64,000 nt of DNA from contig CM022674.1 of NCBI GenBank assembly GCA_012295275.1, forward strand, positions 15,624,001 through 15,688,000, in the 5' to 3' direction. The notes beneath the pieces were generated by a model. It was not told the DNA's origin, did not search any database, and was given only the letters and a program-made list of their open reading frames with translations. Source of the stretch: Chrysomallon squamiferum. Its lineage: Eukaryota > Animalia > Mollusca. This document shows positions 61,360 to 64,000 of the stretch, piece by piece (the stretch's first letter is position 1; each line of letters opens with the position of its first letter). The translations under genes and the position numbers were made by a program.

Positions 61360-63860
61360 GCACACACAACCACACACACACACACACACACAAACACAAA
61401 CACACACACACGCACACACAAAAATCACATCAAACTACCTCTTCCTCGGTGACGATATCTTCAAATGGGTCTTCACAGACAAACAGCTCCCACATTACAA
61501 GTCCAAACGAGTAAACATCGGCTGCCGTTGTGATCACTGCGTCATCCTCGAGTACAGTGGGGTTCTGCAGTATTTCTGGAGCTGTCCAGCGAATGTTGGC
61601 TGGACATGCACTGTAGTTACGACGACCTGTACAGTTACCTGTGTCTTTGTACAGTCCATTTAGTAACTATTCTAAAACTTAATAGCTGTTGAAATTAAAT
61701 TTTATGTTTCTTTTTTTTTTTTTTTTAAATGAATATTTTAAGATTATATACATACGTACATACACACACACATATGTTCTACATCCATGTTTTCCATAAA
61801 GAAATGGAAACAGACATATATATATACACATACACACAGACACACACACATACACACATGCACACACATACATATAAACATATACACACCTACTTAAACA
61901 TAAATGGACAGTCACACACACATATATATATATACACACACACACTCACATATACACATACACATGTTTACAAAAACTATACATACATTAACATATGCCG
62001 TTATACTCTCATATTTATACATACAAACATTAATGTTCAAATATGTACCCTTATTGAATTATATTAATAAACTACTAGAACACATTAACAACAGAAAATC
62101 TTAAATGGTTTTATATCAGTCTACACCTTTGCTAATGGGAGATAACTCTGCCAAGAAAAAACACATAATATTGTCTACCATAGTTCTTAAAAGGCATTAT
62201 GGGTAAAGTATAAAAATATATTTTCTTTATTTAATTTTCTAATTATTTATTTATTTATTTATTATCATTATCAGTACTTTATATAAATAATCATTATATG
62301 TATAATATTTTTATATTAAATCTCTCATTTTTGCATTAAAATATTCACATAAAGATTCACCAATACCAAGTTAAAAGTTTATTTTCCTTTTGAAATAAAA
62401 TCTTGGTCTTCTACATCCATGTTTTTCTCACAGAAATGGGAACAGACTGATACAAATTCAATAATTTCTATTTATTGTTCAGTTACTGGCTCTTGTTCAT
62501 AACAATAATGTCTGCCATTTTTGTTACAAGGAATTGTGGGTAAAACTCACAGCAGCAGTCTTCCTTTGTACAGTTCTGTCTTAGTGGCTGTATCATTTTT
62601 GTCAATCCAAAATCAGCAACCTGAAATTTTATAAAAATTAAAATTTATTTATAATTCACCAAATTTGTCTTTAAGAATCTGAAGCATAGCCTACAAGAAC
62701 CTTGTTTGAAACAAATCTCTTAAGAAAATAATAATAAATTTTATTTTTAAAAAAAAAAATAATTCTGCTGACACTGTCAGAACAGTCAGAGATTGTGTTC
62801 ATGATAACCATGAATTAAAAAACTCTTTTAGAGCAGAAAAACAAAATATTAATTATTCCTGGTGCTAGACATAAATTTTTAATGTTCTGCAGACGTACAA
62901 TTTTGAGTCGATGCGGCCATATTAGCTTGAAGTCTCTCATTTTAAGAAGATCTTTTATGCAGCTGCCATTCACAAATTCAGTGATGATACACGGATGTCT
63001 GCGATCAATGCACAGTCCCAGCACCTCAACGATGTTTTTATGACGTTGGCGACTAAAAGAGAAAACAAATCTAAGTTAATTGTATGAAGCAAGGGAAAGA
63101 ATCTTTTGAAAGTGAATATTAATTCCTTTCATATGGAAGTTATTATGTAGTTGTACTCTCTCTCTCTCGCTCTCTCTCTCTCTGTCCCTTTTTTTTTTCT
63201 CTCACCTGATAAACCAAACTTCTTTCTTCATCAGCTCTATGATGTCATCAGTCACCTGGTTGTCATGGATATTAATTGTTAATCGTTTCAGTGCCACAGT
63301 CATGTCGTGCCATTCTGCTACATGAGTGTCTCCAAAACTGCTACCTCCGAGTCTGAATCATGACACATATGACATCATAAAGATATGTGTGACATCATAA
63401 AGATATGTTTTTCATTCTTAAGGAATGTACTATGTAAAATACCTCACATGATTTCAAGTTGAAAATGGTGCAAAAGCTGATCAAAATTTGATTGAGAGAA
63501 AATCTTTACTAATCCACAACTTTAATCAAAAAATGTTTCCTTAAATATCTAATTAATAAATATAAATAAAATATATATATGTATGTAAAAAAATAATTAA
63601 AAGGAAAAGAAATAAAAATACGAATCCTATATGTGCATTTGTAAATTCGCCATGGCAGTCAGCTCACCTCTGTCTCATTTTAATCGTGTCAATAGACATA
63701 ACAGCATTCTCTAAAACAGGCAGCTGACTTTTCTTGGACACTTTCCATCCTGGTTCATAATCCCGGTACCTAACAGACATCAGTGATGGGGCTGTTAGGC
63801 GTCTGTCATAAATGTCATCATTGGGGGAATGGTGTGAAAACCCTCTCATTTTTCCAGTAA
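60175..63860 (-). pseudogene. TKL/TK-like protein kinase pseudogene (possibly continuing beyond the window)
   Basis: Exons: 63860-63668; 63352-63206 (LGGSSFG, VALK, alphaC Glu); 63052-62899 (RHKNIV..LG.C....IITEFV); 62620-62551 (VADFGL); 61626-61439 (IRWTAPE, DVYSFGLVMWE); 60796-60684 (decayed: VIELV..W*, KDLMIC*, QPTIKQ; 113 nt); 60252-60175 (VVQTL...*). No HRD exon is present between 62899 and 62620. Confidence 0.8.
60800..61425. repeat. Complex (CA)/(CAAA) microsatellite with embedded copies of the kinase exon 3' end
   Basis: CA-rich tract; 61140-61185 resembles 61431-61478. Confidence 0.85.
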
Positions 63861-64000
63861 CTGAAACAGCAAATATGTGACTTCTTAAACACTTTATACA
63901 TATATATATATAATGATGTCGCAACTATAGAAAAATGTTGGTGATCGCGTATTTTTAAATTGCATTCTATTTTTTAATCTACTTTATTATTAATTAAGAT

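Noticed and set aside
50067-63860. Kinase and RHIM exons forming one RIPK-like kinase-RHIM-STAND-ANK gene
   Set aside because: The kinase has its own terminal exon with TGA (60177-60175) and internal lesions. No linking coding exons were found in 51.6-60 kb, and the next STAND-gene exon needs phase 2 while the late kinase exons end in phase 0. It cannot be fully excluded without RNA data.

Overview
AT-rich, intron- and microsatellite-rich animal DNA. Gene content and a remembered SINE resemblance suggest a mollusc, probably a gastropod; this is inference. There is one 200-N scaffold gap at 8244-8443. (1) 1-21 kb holds a duplicated PARP12/ZAP(ZC3HAV1)-like cluster. One largely intact + strand gene has RGG repeats, CCCH fingers, WWE domains and an H-Y-I mono-ART domain. 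An inverted - strand pseudogene and a 3' fragment have each lost catalytic-core sequence and carry expanded coding tandem repeats. (2) 21.4-28.3 kb is a 13-exon tyrosine-decarboxylase-like gene (-) with a nonsense codon and a frameshift; a duplicate of its last exon lies at 17.1-17.5 kb. (3) A decayed Gypsy/Ty3 pol lies at about 28.7-30.6 kb. (4) 40.5-51.6 kb is an intact - strand NLR-like gene. Small upstream exons that the ORF track misses splice in frame and place a canonical RHIM (NIHHCGNVQIGAKNKL) ahead of an nSTAND3-type P-loop NTPase and about 34 ankyrin repeats with variable insert loops. This is the most interesting element in the window. (5) 60.2-63.9 kb is a TKL/TK-like kinase pseudogene lacking its HRD exon. 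Exon structures were derived by hand from GT-AG sites and phase matching, with no transcript data.
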